Positions 44,535 to 58,489 of a DNA stretch of 64,000 bases are shown here, piece by piece. The notes under the pieces were generated by a model. It saw only the letters and a list, made by a program, of their open reading frames with translations. It was not told where the DNA came from and searched no databases. Position 1 is the stretch's first letter, and each line of letters starts with the position of its first letter. The translations under genes and the position numbers were made by a program. The DNA lies in NCBI RefSeq assembly GCF_009914755.1, contig NC_060937.1, one strand, 5' to 3'. Source of the stretch: the human T2T-CHM13v2.0 reference genome, Homo sapiens.

Positions 44535-47197
44535 CTATAAAGCAACCACATAATAGAAACTACAAAGAATCCAGCTAATAACTTCAAAATGGGATCAAAA
44601 ATCTCACATATCAATATTAATCTTGAATATAAATAACCTAAATGTCCCACTTAAATGGTATAGAGTGACAAGTTAGATAAATAAACAAGACCCTTCTATC
44701 TACTGTCTTCAAAAGACCACTCTCACATGCAACAGCACTCATAGGCTCAAAGTAATGGGTTGGAGAAAGATTCATCATGCAAATGGAGAACAAAGAAGAG
44801 CAGGGGTTGCTACTTTTATATCAGATAAAACAGACTTTAAACCAACAACAGTAAAAAAGGACAAAGAAGGGAATTACATGATGATAAAGGGTTCAATTCA
44901 ACAAAGAGGCTTGACTATTTTAAATATATATGCTCCCAATATTGGAACACCCAGATTCATAAAACAAGTACTTCTAGACCTACAAAAAATCATAGACAAC
45001 AACACAGTAATAGCAAGGGACTTCAACACCCCACTGTCAGCATTGGACAGATCATTGAGGCAGAAGACTAACAAAAAAATGGTGAACTTAAACTCAACAC
45101 TTGACCAATTGGACTTAACAGACAGCTATACAATACACTGCCCATCAACCACAGAATATACAATCTTCTCATCTGCACATGAAAGATGATACTCTTTTAT
45201 TGAATGCATGCTTGGCCATAAAGCAAGTCTTAATACATTAAAAAATTGAAATAATACCAATCACACTCTTGAAATACAGTGGAATAAGAATGTAAATCAA
45301 TACCAAGAAGATGTCTCAAAACCACATAATTATATGGAAACCCACAACCTCCCAAGATTGAATCAGGAAGAAATTGAAGCCATGAACAGATAAATTTCAA
45401 GTTCTGAAATTGAATCAATAATAATAATAATAATAACCTGCTAACCAGAAAATAAGATAAAAATCACTGGACCAAATAGATTCACAGCCAAATTCTACCA
45501 GATGTACAAAAAGAACTGGTACCAATTCTACTGAAACTATTTCAAAAAAATTGAGGAACAGGACTCATTCCTAACTCTTCCTATGAAGCCAGCATCACGC
45601 TGATACCAAAACCTGGAAAAAACACAATAAAAAAAAAAGAAAATTACAGGCCAATATCCCTGATTACCATAGACATTAAAATCCTCAACAAAATACTACA
45701 AACTGAATCCAATAGCACATCAAAAAATTAATTCACTATAATCAACTGGGCTTCATCCCTGGGATACAAGCTTATTTCAACATACACAAATCAATTAATG
45801 TGATTCACCTGAATTAAAAACAAAAGCCATGTGATCATCTCAATAGACACAGAAAAGGTTTTTGATAAAATCCATATCCCTTCACAATAAATGCCTTCAA
45901 GAAACTAGGTATTGAAGGAATATACCTTAAAATAATAAGAGCGATCTATGACAAACCCACAGCCAACATTATACTGAATAGGCAAAAACTAGTAGCACTT
46001 TCCTTGAGAACTGGAACAAGACAAAGATGCCCACTTTCACCACTCCTATTCAACGTAGTATTGGAACTGGTGGCCAAAGAAATCAGCCAAGAGAAAGAAC
46101 TAAAATGCATCCAAATAGGAAAAGAAGAACTCAAACTATCTCTCTTCATTGAGGACATGATTCTATATCTAGAAAAACCTAAAGAGTCCATCAAAAGACT
46201 ACTGGAACTGTTAAATGACTTCAGTAATGTTTCAGGATAGAAAAATTAGTAGCATTTCTATACACCAGTAACATTCAAGCTGAGAGCCAAATCAAAAACA
46301 CAATCCCATTTACAATAGCCATACACAAAAATAAAATACCTAGGAATACATCTAACCAAGTAGATGAAAGTTCTCTACAAGGAGAACTTCAAAACACTGC
46401 TAAAAGAAATAATATATTACACAAACAAATGGAAAAACATTCCATACTCACGGATTTAAATAATCAGTATTATTACTATGGATATCCTGTCCAAAGCAAT
46501 CTACAAATTCAATGATATTTCTATCAAACTACCAACATCATTCTTCACAGAACAACTATTCTAAAACTCATATGGAACAAAAAAAGAGCCCATAGCAATC
46601 ATAAGCAAAGAGAACAAAGCCAGAGGCATCACATTACCTGACTTCAAATTCTATTATAAGGCTACAGTAATCCAAGCAGCATGGCACTGGTACAAAACCA
46701 GACAGATAGACCAATGGAGCAGAATACAGAACCCGGAAATACAACTGCACACATACAGCCGTCTGATCTTTGACAAAGTTGACAAAAAATAAGCAATAGG
46801 GAAAGGATTCCCTAATCAATTAATGGATAGCTGGCTAGCCATATGCATAAGAAAGAGACCCCACCCTGACCTTTCACCATATACAAAAATTAACTCAATA
46901 TGGATTAAAGATTTAAATATAAGACCTCAAACCATAAGCATCCTACAAGAAAACCTATGAAACAGCATTCTGGACCTCCGCCTTGGGAAATAATTTATGA
47001 CTAAATCCTCAAAAGCAATTGCGACAAAAGCAAAAATTGACCAGTGGGCGCTATTAAACTAAAGAGTAAACAGATGACTTACAGAATGGGAAAAAATATT
47101 CCCAAGTTATGCATCTGACAAAGGTCTAATATCCAAAGGAACTTAAACAATTGAACAAGCAATAAACAAATAACCCCATGGAAAATGTGCAGAAGTC

Positions 47198-47647
47198 CTG
47201 TTCACAACAGCAAAGACTTGGAACCAACCCAAATGTCCATCAATGATAGACTGGATAAAGAAAATGCAGCACATATACGCCATGGATTACTATGCAGCCA
47301 TAAAAAGGGATGAGCTCATGTCCTTTGCAGAAACACTGATGAAGCTGGAAACCATCATTCTCAGCAAACTAACAGAAGAACAGAAAACTAACCAGTGCAT
47401 GCTCTCACTCATAAGTGGGAGCTGAACAATGAGAACACATGGACACAGGGAGGGGAACAGCACACACCAGGGTCTGTTGGGGGGTGGGAGGGCGGGGGGG
47501 AGGGACAGCTTTAGGAGAAATATCTAATGTAGATGACAGGTTGATGGGTGCAGCAAACCACCATGGCACGTGTATACCTATGTAACAAACCTGCACATTC
47601 TGCACATGTACTCCAGAACTTAAAGTATAATAAAAAATAAATAAATA
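47198..47647 (+). mobile_element. 5'-truncated younger L1 (L1PA7/8-like) nested in ORF2 of the older L1
   Basis: ORF2 end, 3' UTR and A tail; 16-bp TSD aaaatgtg(c/t)agaagtc at 47182-97 and 47648-63; the host ORF2 resumes afterwards. Confidence 0.9.
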
Positions 47648-48894
47648 AAAATGTGTAGAAGTCATGAACATTCACTTCTCAATAGAAGACATGCAAATGG
47701 CCCAAAAACATGAACAAATGCTCCACAACACTAATCATCAGAGAAATACAAATCAAAACCACAATGAGATACCATTTCACACTAGTCAGAAGGGCTATCA
47801 TTAAAAAGTCAGAAAACAACAAATGCTGGTGAGGCTGCAGAGGAAAGGAAATGCTTCTATGCTGTTGGTAGGAATAAAAATTAGTTCAGCCACTGTAGAA
47901 AGAAGTTTGGAGATTTTTCAAAGAACTTAGAACTACCACTTGACCGGGTATATATTGAAAGAAAACAAATTGTTTTTATCAAAAAGACTCATGAACCTGC
48001 ACGTTCATTGCAGCACTATTCGCAATGACAAAGAGACAGAACCAACCTAGGTGCCTATTGATAGTAGAGTAGAAACTAAAATAAAAGTTGAAAAATAAAA
48101 AAAGCTTATTGTAAATGACCCCTCCCACATTAGAAAGAATACAACTTTTTTGACGTTTATAAAAACCTGGTTTCTAGAGGAAACACTCATCCAGAATTTT
48201 TTTTCGAGATCAATTTAAAGGTTTTTGTACATTTTCCAGAGTTCTAATATGTTAATGAGAACCTATGTGACCGTACAAGCTTGTTTCTATTTATCACTGT
48301 AACAAACTCAACATCTATGTGGGATTTAGTTCGTACCTTAAACAAGAACACAGATTGTCAAATATTAAAATTATTTAAGGCATTGTGTTTATAATTTGAC
48401 TCTGAGGGGTTACCTTAGAATCATACGTGTAGATTGGATGTGGGGGCAAACAGGCTGAGCTTCACCTCTCCCACCTCTTAGGAGGAGAGGCTCAGCTCTT
48501 CTTTAAGATTTCATTTGAAAAAATGGGTTTGTGAAAACAGGGAAAAAAAATTGTAAATTCATCTCCATTTATCCCTGGTCTGGGCTGCTTACTTTCATTA
48601 AAACAGTTTGAATAAACTGGGCCCACACGAGAGATCTCTGTATTGGTACTATGAGACAATGAGGTATGATTAACCTCTTACTCCGAACATTGTTAGGAGA
48701 AGTAAATGAGAAAACGTTGAAAGTCTTTGGGAAAAGGTTATTCACGATTCCTTAAGTATTTGTCATGTACAGTGGATGGCTTACTAATAAACTCAGATTG
48801 TATGGCAATCATTTGTAAAAATTCTTAATGGAGAAATTCAAATGTATATAATTCAAAAGTAAGATTAATCAAGTTGTTATATTCATTTTCTTGG

Positions 48895-49090
48895 AGCATT
48901 TGACCATGTAGGTCCTTCAGCAAGTTACCTGCCTTTTCTAAGCCCCCATTGCTCATGAAAAAATAGTCATACTATTAGCTTCAGGGGTGGTTTCGAGTAT
49001 GAAATGAAATGACACCTGTGAAGCATGTAGCACAGTGCCTGGCACAGCAGGCAAGCTTACGTGCTCAATAAATGCCTATTGTTATTGTTG
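48895..49090 (+). mobile_element. MIR
   Basis: caagttacctgccttttctaagccccc...tgtgaagcatgtagcacagtgcctggcac...gctcaataaatg. Confidence 0.8.
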
Positions 49091-50789
49091 CTATTGTTAT
49101 CATTCGCATTCATTTTGTAAGCCTGTCAGTAAATTCATCCCTGATTATTTATTGCCTGTGGGAAATGAGAAAATGCTTTAAACAGAGAAATAAAAATATG
49201 ACTTTGAAAGGACTCGATCCTACTGGCTCTCTCTCTCTCAATTTTTTAATCTTCTACTAAGATCATAACAAACCCATCTGAGTTGTTATGATCTCATGAG
49301 AAGTATATGAGATGCTTCCATTGAAATTTTACTGAAATCTTATTGCAACCATTATGGTTCTTCCATTGAAATCATAATCATACGTTCTGAAGCCATCATG
49401 GTGTATTGTGTCAATGCATACTAAGGGAGTCCTCATGCACAGACCATTGACATGATAGACTATAACGGCTCTTTCAGAGCTGCTATGGTCCACTGTGTCA
49501 ATGCATACTGAGGGAGCCTTTAATGCGCTGATCCGAGCCTGCAGAGTACTTCTCCACTCTGTGGAGGGGAGATATTCTTATGAATATTATGAATAAAAGC
49601 TAGTCGTTTGATTTTCATTCATTTTTAATAAGTCTCACAGTGATACAGTGATTAGTGTGCATCATGATATGGTAAGGTTCAGGTTTTAAGTAAGAATATG
49701 TAACAGTTGTCATCATCCCATGATGCAAGACAATTTACTTCAAAAAGCAGCTGTCTGTATCAAAGACGAGAGCACCTTGTGGGGTTCATTGGTACATGCT
49801 TCAGTGTAACTTCCCAACATCATCATATGAGAATCATTGCTGACCACTAATGAAAGCTGCAGAAAGCACTTTGTCATTACTTCTAAACAATATATCTGGG
49901 CATGTGATTTATTAATGAGAATTAAGGATTACAAAAGTGAAGTAGTTTCCTAAATTCATTTCTAACTGGAAAAGAGAAATTCAGATACATTTCCAGGCCA
50001 CATTAAAAGTGGTAACTTTAAATAAAAAATATATTCATTCTACAGTCTTAATTATCGATCTATGACTATTTGAATCCCTTTCTTCACTGTAAAAGAAACC
50101 AAGTGTTGGATTGTACAAATGATCGTGCATATTGTACTGATTGTTAAATGTGCTTGCTTAAAGAAAAGCCACAGCCTGCCCCATTAAGTGTTATGTAACT
50201 AACCAAAATTATTGAACAATTAGAAAATCCAATTTGTCAGATAACTTTAAGACTTAATGTCCAGTGAACGTTAGATAATTAAAAAAATAATTTGCAGTGT
50301 TTTAACCCTTGCTTCTCTAAACCAGGATGGACTTTTTCAAAGTTTTTCTTTACATTCCATTGCTCTTTTCCACCAACGTATATTTCTTTCTCTTTTTTTT
50401 TCCTTTCCCTTACTTTTCCAGATATATGGAGTATTTTTTTTCATCTGCTCTCATCCTCTGCTGAATAAGGAACAATTCCTTTTAAAGTATTAACTGATAA
50501 CCACATTTATTTAAGTAAGACTTACTTGTTATTAATGTTTCAAAATTACAATACTTTTATATAGCAATAAAGACTTGAAACCCAACTCCTTAAACATTTC
50601 AAATAAATTAAAGACAAATTTCAGGTTTTAGAAAAAAAAAAAACAAAAACTGTTACAACCTGTGTCACAGAATTACTTTTATTTTTGTTTGAAAGGTTGA
50701 CCATGACTATATTCACCAGTGCTCCAGGAGCATGTGAAAACAGACTGAAGATAGATTAATAATAAAAACAACAAAAATAGCTGACACAC

Positions 50790-51315
50790 CTATGCCATTT
50801 ATTGTCCAGCTGCCCAATCAGATCCATTCTGCCCCTTCGCTGCTTTGCTCTGTGTCCTGATTGGTAAAGGACTAAGAGCTTTATCACTTTGACTTCATTG
50901 GCCTTTCGTATCCAATTGATTGCTGCCCACAGGAGGCATATGCAAGAAGTCAGAGGGAATGGAAGATAGTCAGCTATTTCTTTCTCTTCTCCTTATCTGC
51001 TTTAGCTCAGCAGTCTGGCAGTGCCTGCACTCTCCCACAACTATGGTGTCAACAGCTTCAGCTGTCAGGCTGTGAGAAAATATCAGGCCTGTGTGAAGCT
51101 TTGTGGCTTAGTTGGTTAAAGTGCCTGTGTAAAAAATGTCAGGCTTGTAGGTGAACATGGCTTCCTGCTGTTGCTGGTGCCTGAACTTCTCATCGTGTAT
51201 TGTTGTTTCCTTTGCATTGGGACACATACCTGTAAATGGTCCCATTGCTACATTTTATTTTTTCAGTTAAGTCTTTTGAGTACAATTATCTTTCCTATTG
51301 AGACTATTATTTATT
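50790..51315 (+). mobile_element. Old ERVL-class LTR (LTR33-like)
   Basis: cagatccattctgccccttcgctgctttgctctgtgtcc...ggcttcctgctgttgctggtgcctg, directly followed by an ERVL-internal-like start. Confidence 0.55.
51097..51131 (+). pseudogene. Retroposed 5' half of tRNA-Thr(AGT)
   Basis: agctttgtggcttagttggttaaagtgcctgtgta aligns to the first ~35 nt of tRNA-Thr-AGT (GGCTTCGTGGCTTAGYTGGTTAAAGCGCCTGTCTA); flanked by aaaatatcaggcctgt (51077-92) and aaaatgtcaggcttgt (51133-48). Confidence 0.8.
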
Positions 51316-51433
51316 ACTGTAAATGACACCGGGAATGGTCCCCAGAAACAAACTATCAAGATGGGTTTCTGGGAATGGGCTCCTCATATATCTAATGAAC
51401 ACAAGTGACCTCCTTGCTGATAGGTGAGCAGAA

Positions 51434-51876
51434 GTGTTTTTGTCTGTGTTATTATAAAGGAATGCCTGAGGCCAGGTAATTTATAAAGAAAAGAGCTTAT
51501 TTGGCTCACAGTTATTCAGGATATAAAAGGAACATCGTGCCAATGTCTGCTTCGGATGAGGGCCTCAGGAAGCTTCTACTTATGATAGAAGGTGAAGGGA
51601 GCTGATGTGTGCAGAGATTGTATGATAAGATGAAGACAGAAAGGAGGGGGTGCCAGGCTCCTTTTAACAACTATGTCTTGAGGGAACTATTGCAGGAACT
51701 AATAGTGCGACAACTCACTCATTTCCATAAGGATGGCACCAAGACACTCATGAGGGATCCACCCCCATGACCAAAACACCTCTCACCAGGCCCCATCTCC
51801 AACAGTGGGATCAAATTACAGCATGAAATTTGGTGGGACCAAACAAGTGCAACCAAACCATATCCAAACTGTAGCA
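51434..51876 (-). mobile_element. MaLR solo LTR (MSTB-like)
   Basis: aaggaatgcctgaggccaggtaatttataaagaaaagag...gagggcctcaggaagcttc...ccatatccaaactgtagca. Confidence 0.88.
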
Positions 51877-52127
51877 AGTAAATGCTGAAGTTCCTGGTAA
51901 ACAGTGACAGCACATTACCCAAATGTTACATGAAAGTTATGAAATGAAGTATGTGCTGGTGGGGAGCTAGACTGTGGTTATGTTCCCTATTACAAAGATG
52001 ATGAGTACAATGATTGTGGTACGGGAAAACATATTTTGAGTGTGGTAAAATCACAATAAGAAAAAGATAAGGTCCGTGCCTTGAAATTTCAATTCATGGC
52101 ATGAATTAAAAAGCATAGAATTCCTAT

Positions 52128-52670
52128 GGTAGTTGGTTCGGTTTTTACTTTGGGTTTCTCCGAAAGAACACTCAGACAAGAATGTGGGTTTAAGTAAACT
52201 CATTTGTAGTTTACTCTTTTGTCAGAGGTAGATTTCTTGTTTTGTATATAATCCCAGAAAGTGCAGTGAGAGAACGAAGAAGTAAAACAACTAATAAAAT
52301 AAAGCATATAAAACATATGTTAATGAGCAGGTTACTTTGTGGACAATTAGGGTTCAATCTATTTGGGATTCTGTGGGAAACTTTACAGAATATTAACCAA
52401 TCAATCTACATAGAATTATTTACCAGAGGGAAGAAAAACATGAAATATTTGATTTACAAATTCCCATCACATATTGGTTTAACACTCTGGGGGTTTTAAG
52501 TTCTTCTCACTTCCAGCTTGCCCCTCCTGGAAGTCTACCGTAGGGCAGAGAGCAATCAGTGCTTGCGTTAAGAAGCATTGACAGGCAAAAGAATTTCCAC
52601 TGGAGTCAGAGATAATCTCCGGGATGTGCTGAGAGCAACTGGGGCAGTGCCCTGATAGCATCTGCTGTAG
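52128..52670 (-). mobile_element. Old ERVL-class LTR (LTR40-like)
   Basis: tttgggtttctccgaaagaacactcagacaagaatgtgggtttaagt...gatagcatctgctgta; family from recollection. Confidence 0.4.
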
Positions 52671-54499
52671 TTAAATTATATATAATATTCATGTAGCCAT
52701 AAGGCAGATAGAGGTAAAGATTAGGACTAAGTCCCAGTTTAATGGTTTGTAGAGTTGCAACTCCAATCAAATGCACAACTCACTAAGTCTTTTGTGCTAA
52801 TGTGAAGGCACTGTCTGGGAATAAAAGAAATCCTAAACCATGAATTGGGGACTTCAGGCAGATACATGGGAAGTCTAAACCTCATCACATTCCAAAAATT
52901 TCCTTGCTGGTGAAGGAAGCTGTCTCCACCATCCCTACTATTTGAGATAAGTAGCCTTCCTTTGAAAAAAAAAATTATTTCAATGACGGCAATCTTCACA
53001 AGTCCCACAACCACCACACCTAATAACTTACAAGCCCATAATGACAGGCAAAGCTCAGCACTTCTTAGAGAGAACTGCAAAGTCTTTTCTGAGAAGAGAT
53101 AGCTTATAGAGCAAAGAAAGAGCAAGATTTTGCCAGAGTGAATGGCAGTAGTCAAGAGATCATATGCAGTAATGAACTCTATGGAAGAGGATTAAATATG
53201 ACATTCATTTGGTAAATGATTTCTGTATGATTATATTCATGGGGGACTAGACCTGTATGGTGTTAGATTGACAGCCATAGAATGGCCCTAATAACATGTG
53301 TTTTTGGACCATTGAAGCCTATACTCTAAAGCATCCTATAGTTAATAAAATTGAGACTCAAGAATATCCTTGGAAGGCTATGAAAGATTAAGTGCATATT
53401 GAAGCAGGGAAGGCATACTGGGTATGCCATTTTGATTTTATTAAGAACAATACTGTCAGCCATTGCTTATGCATACCTACTGATAAAGACTAGGACTTTT
53501 CACGAGGTCGCTAAGAAGTGCATCGTTCAAAGAAGCACCAACATCTTTTTAATAATTCTACTTTGACTCCACTCTATAAGTTGGAGATGATGGTAGGATA
53601 TGTTGCCATAGTAATGTGTTTCTTGATTTCAGTAATTAACTCAGAGAGAGAGAGAGATCTTAGTTAGCAGCACCTAATCATCAGAGACAAGGTAGGAACA
53701 ATTGCCACAGTAAGTTGTATGGATCAAGTGGCAATCAGAGTGTTTTGACATCCAGGGATCTTTGGTGATGGTTACTTGATAACAACACTCTTAGGAGTGA
53801 AATATTTGGGCAACATACTAAGGTATTATATGAAAATAATCTTAGTCTGTAGACCTGCAGAGTAGAGCTGCAATAATGGGCATTCAAAGACTACTACCGA
53901 ATTTTTAAAATGTAGCTAGTTCACAGACCCAAATTCCCTTGATTAAAGAGGAGGCTAAATTCTGTTTAGGAAGGTCCATCAAATGCAGCAACCAATGTAC
54001 ATTGTAATTATTCAACAAATAATCCCAGAAGAATTTGTGGTACTTTTTCTAAGATGACTGTACACTGAGCAAAAGGAAATTCCTAGATTTTGTAAGCGTA
54101 TCAGATACTGAGTAGATACTAATCTCTGGGGAACAAAAAAACACTAGTAGAAACTAATTCCTGAGAAACAAAAAAAACACTACAGTGATTGACTAGTCAG
54201 AAAGAAAGCTATGGTGATCATGTGATAAATAGGCCCTTGTCATATGTCTATTTCATTGTGAAACCTAAGGACTCCTGGACTCATTCCAAATCACCACCAA
54301 AATGGTAAATTGAAAGAAAACATATAATTGGAAGAATGGCAGATATTAGTGCCATCATCATAGACTTGAAACATATACCATTGGTAATTCTTATTTAATT
54401 TACTTTTTGATTGATGAAAAAATGAAATAGGTCTTTGAAAATACCTGTGAATTATCATAAACATGATCAAACTATGATGACAATCACAGCTGCTGTTTT

Positions 54500-54945
54500 C
54501 AGGTGGGAAGTTGATAATGCGTACTACTGGTCCCCTACACACATTCTCTACCTGGCCTGCGCGTCAAAGTTTCTGTAAATGTTAGATTCTAAAAGTTCAC
54601 AAGTGCTTCCACTCCAGAGAACTGTCCTCTGCTGAACGTATATGTCACTTTTTAATCCCATAAGTGGATGCCTACCTTTTTATCCTAAGGGTACCATATC
54701 ATGAGGTTACAAAAGCTTTGCTCCCTTCTTCAACAATGGAAGCAGTTCTGTGTTATAAATCATGATCCAGAGCTCCCAGAGGGATTAGTCTGAAGAACTC
54801 AAGCTGAGATAAATTATTGCATGATTCACTTCCCCACTTTATCCTGTTTGCCTTACTTCTTTTCTCCAAAGAGCACTGGCTTAATTAATTACATGTTCTT
54901 AAACCCCTGTCTTAGGCTCTGCTTTGAGAAGACTTTCTTTAAAAC
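54500..54945 (+). mobile_element. Old ERVL-class LTR (LTR16-like)
   Basis: 3' end aagagcactggcttaattaattacatgttcttaaacccctgtcttaggctctgctttgagaag resembles LTR16 ends. Confidence 0.5.
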
Positions 54946-55897
54946 AATTTGTTTAGTGGCAAATAAATACAGATCGCTGCCTGTTATATGGCAAAGGATT
55001 TTCTTAATTGCAATCAATAAAGACAGTTGAAAGCAGTTCACCTTCACTTTCTAAGAAAAGTGCACTTTTACTATCTTACCTCATAATAAAAGTCAGGGGG
55101 ACCTTCAAAAGCCAGGTAAAATGTCACTTTGAATCTGACTGAAAATCTTATTTTATGGAAGAAAAAGTATAGCAATTGGTCATATTCACAAAAATCACTG
55201 GTCTTGGGATATACTCTATCACATAAAAGTATCTGGCTTGATATAATAATGGTGCAATGGCTACTAAATGCCTGGTTATGTTGTTAAGGAGGGGAAAACA
55301 CTTTGTAAAGGACAGGTGCTCTCCTACAAGATTCAGAATAACCTGTAAATTAAAACCAACATGTAGAGCTGTATTTTTCATAGCCAGAGATCAGAGGTCT
55401 GGGAAGCAAGGGATGGAGGTGAATACTTCTCTATATATTTAGGACACTTAAAGAGTTTACATTTTTTCTCTCTATGATCATACACATGCCAGGTTTGAAG
55501 GTCTTAAGAAATAATGCTTCCACCAAGAAGCATATCCATCGTTCCAGTAAATTGGAAGCAAATATTATCTTTGGTCATTTTGGGTTTCATATGCCATTAT
55601 GCTGTAAACAGAGAAGGAAGTTGTTGATTTGAAAAGGTGAAAAATTTTAGTTGTTGAAAGGAAATTGAGTTTGGGTGGCTGCTATAAAATGGGCCAAAAT
55701 AGACTATCTTTTGAAACTAGGAGACTCACTCCAGCACATTTTAGCCATCCATGTCTAATAATTCATGTCCATATCCTGAAATGGTTGACATTATTCCTCA
55801 TTCTTTCCATTAACTTCTCGTGTTCTTTATATTGCTAAACTGTGTCCTAAATCTATACCATAACACAAGTTATTGATGTTCATTTCTTTCTCTGTAG

Positions 55898-56251
<354 letters not shown>

Positions 56252-56773
56252 TTTCTCTCTTCTTTTGTCCTTATTCTCTTTCATTTTCACTTTATATTTT
56301 GCATTAGTTTATCTTTCAAGATATGTTCAGTTACAGAGAGCCACATTTATTAAATTAAATGACCAGCATGGATTTACCTGGTGGATTAGGCCTGGATGTA
56401 GTCTGATTAGTTGATTTTGGATATTCATATACGGAATTATACACATGAGATTGTATGATAAAGTTATCAGTCAGTAGGAAAAATAACATTAAAAACAAAC
56501 AGCACTGTTGCTAAGAACTAAGATCAATGAAATGTGCCATATATCAGACATATACCTGTAATTCATCAACTTTCTGTTGAATTTCTCAAGTGTAAAACCA
56601 TACAACTGAGTTAATCCCATATTTCTAATATCTTTTCATGACTTTTGATTTCTATTTATCTACTGGTCTAATCATATAGTAAAGATTAGATTTCATATTA
56701 CAAGCTATCCTATTAAACTTATTTGAAGAATGTTAACATGTTCATATAAGTTTGGGCGACACTACACAACATA

Positions 56774-58050
56774 TGAGAAGATTTCAGAAAGCTCATGAAA
56801 AATGAAATTGAAAGATTTAAAAAATGTTATTTCTCAACATAAGTGCCATCAAGTCCAAGACGCTTTTGTAAGCAAGTGAAGATACCTGTCATTTAGTCCA
56901 TTCCTGGATAACTACAGGTCTTGGGAATTTAACCATGTTAATGCAGTCTTTTTTACATTATTGACAAGAGTAATGAGTGCCCTTTAAATATTTTTTTGTT
57001 TGATCAGGATCAAATAAAAAAGATCGGGAAGCAAAAAGAAGTAAGAAGGAGCCAAATAAAGACCAAAGGGGATGCCTAATAATTTCCCATCAAAACTGTT
57101 GCAAAATTGCCCTTGTTTGATGAGAGGAATGGTAGAAAATGACTCTCTTGCGAAGCTTTACTGGGCATTTTTCCACTAACGCTTTAGCTAATTTTCTCAA
57201 AACACTCTCATGTCAAGCAGATGTTATTGTTCTTTGGCTCTCCAGAAAGTCAACAAGCAAAATGCCTTGAGTACACCAAAAAACCTGTTGCTATAACCTT
57301 TGCTCTTGACTGGTCCACTTTTGCTTTAACTGGACCACTTCCGCCTCTTGGTAGCCATTGTTTCGTTGTGCTTTGTCTTTATGATCATACTGGTAACGCT
57401 GTGTTTCATCTCCTGTTATAATTCTTCAGAGAAATGCTTCAGGATCTTGATTCCTCTTGTTTAAAATTTCCATTGTAAGGTCTGCTCTTATCTACAGCTC
57501 ATCCAGACACAATGGTTTTGGTACCCACTGAGTGGGTTATTCGTTCATCATTAATTTTTCAGTCTGAATTATGTAAGCTGAGCCAATCAAGATGTCTATG
57601 GTGTTGGCTATTATTCTGCTGCTAATTGTTGGTCCTCTTCAGGAAATTAATAAGATTAATGTCTTGTTTGAAAATTGATGTGGATAGATTTAATCTTCAA
57701 CATTGTCTCACTCCTTAAAATGAGTGACCCCTTTGTAAACTGCTGCTTTTGGCAGGGAACATTGTTCTCCTAAACTTTTTGTAAAGCATCAGTGATGGCA
57801 TCATTCTTCCACCCAAACTTCATCACAAATTTGATATCTGTTTTTGTTTCAATTTTGGCAGAATTCATGTTACTCTGATGGGGCTCTTTGCAAACTGATG
57901 TCTTATCCTTCTTAGTACCTCAGACTAGATCCTATATAAATGTGTAATAGCAAGTTAGTGCAAGTTTATTTTGGTGCAAAAAAAAAAATGAAATCCATGT
58001 ATAGTTTCTTCATAATATGCATTTTCCATGAACTTTTTAAAGACACCCCA
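56774..58050 (-). mobile_element. Full-length Hsmar2 mariner transposon, transposase disabled
   Basis: Degenerate TIRs tgagaagatttcagaaagctcatgaaaaatg / cattttccatgaactttttaaagacacccca, TA on both sides, about 1.28 kb; minus-strand ATG at 57868 begins MNSAKIETKTDIKFVMKFGWKN. Confidence 0.92.
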
Positions 58051-58489
58051 TATTGTTATTCAGAGATCTGTTACTTAAGCAAGTTAATATTTGCTGAAAA
58101 CATTTTTAATTTCTGAAGTCTCCTAAATCCAGGAACATTTGTTTACACAGAGAAAAAAATATAAGCAGTACATTTAAATTGGAAGAACCATATTTTTCTA
58201 TGCTAAATACTTGATGACACATAACACTGCAGTGCTATTGAAACACAATATTAACTTGAAAATTTTTGAGGACAAGTCTCCATCTGCATAATTATTTTAA
58301 TATATATATTATTCAGCATAACATATTTATTCTTGAAGTAAACCCACATGGGACATAAAACTAACCTCCTGATAATGATAAAAAGTCATACAAGAAAATT
58401 GTTTCTTTTCTTAAGATTAAAAAAAAAAAGATGTAATTCAAGAGGTTAGTTCTTTGGTATGAACAAAACCTCTTTTTTAAAATCATCTA

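Larger units (their letters stand above)
40302..48100 (+). mobile_element. End-to-end old primate L1 (L1PA15-17/L1P4-like), inactive, with internal deletions and four nested insertions
   Basis: 15-bp TSD aaagcttattgtaaa at 40287-40301 and 48101-48115; GC-richer 5' UTR; ORF1 remnant near 42736; endonuclease remnant 44755-45189 (LNIYAPNIGTPRFIKQ, RDFNTPLS); RT remnant 46004-46240 ([14 protein letters not shown]); terminal ctaaaataaaagttgaaaaa. Confidence 0.92.
51320..55750 (+). mobile_element. Heavily decayed ERVL internal sequence (HERV16/ERV3-16A3-like), interrupted by younger LTRs
   Basis: gacaccgggaatggtccccagaaacaaactatcaagatgggtttctggg resembles an ERVL-int start; scattered gag/pol-like remnants; no ORF; boundaries approximate. 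Confidence 0.45.

Noticed and set aside
47478-47505. G-quadruplex-like tracts here and at about 61774-61796
   Set aside because: Standard G-rich tract of L1 3' UTRs.
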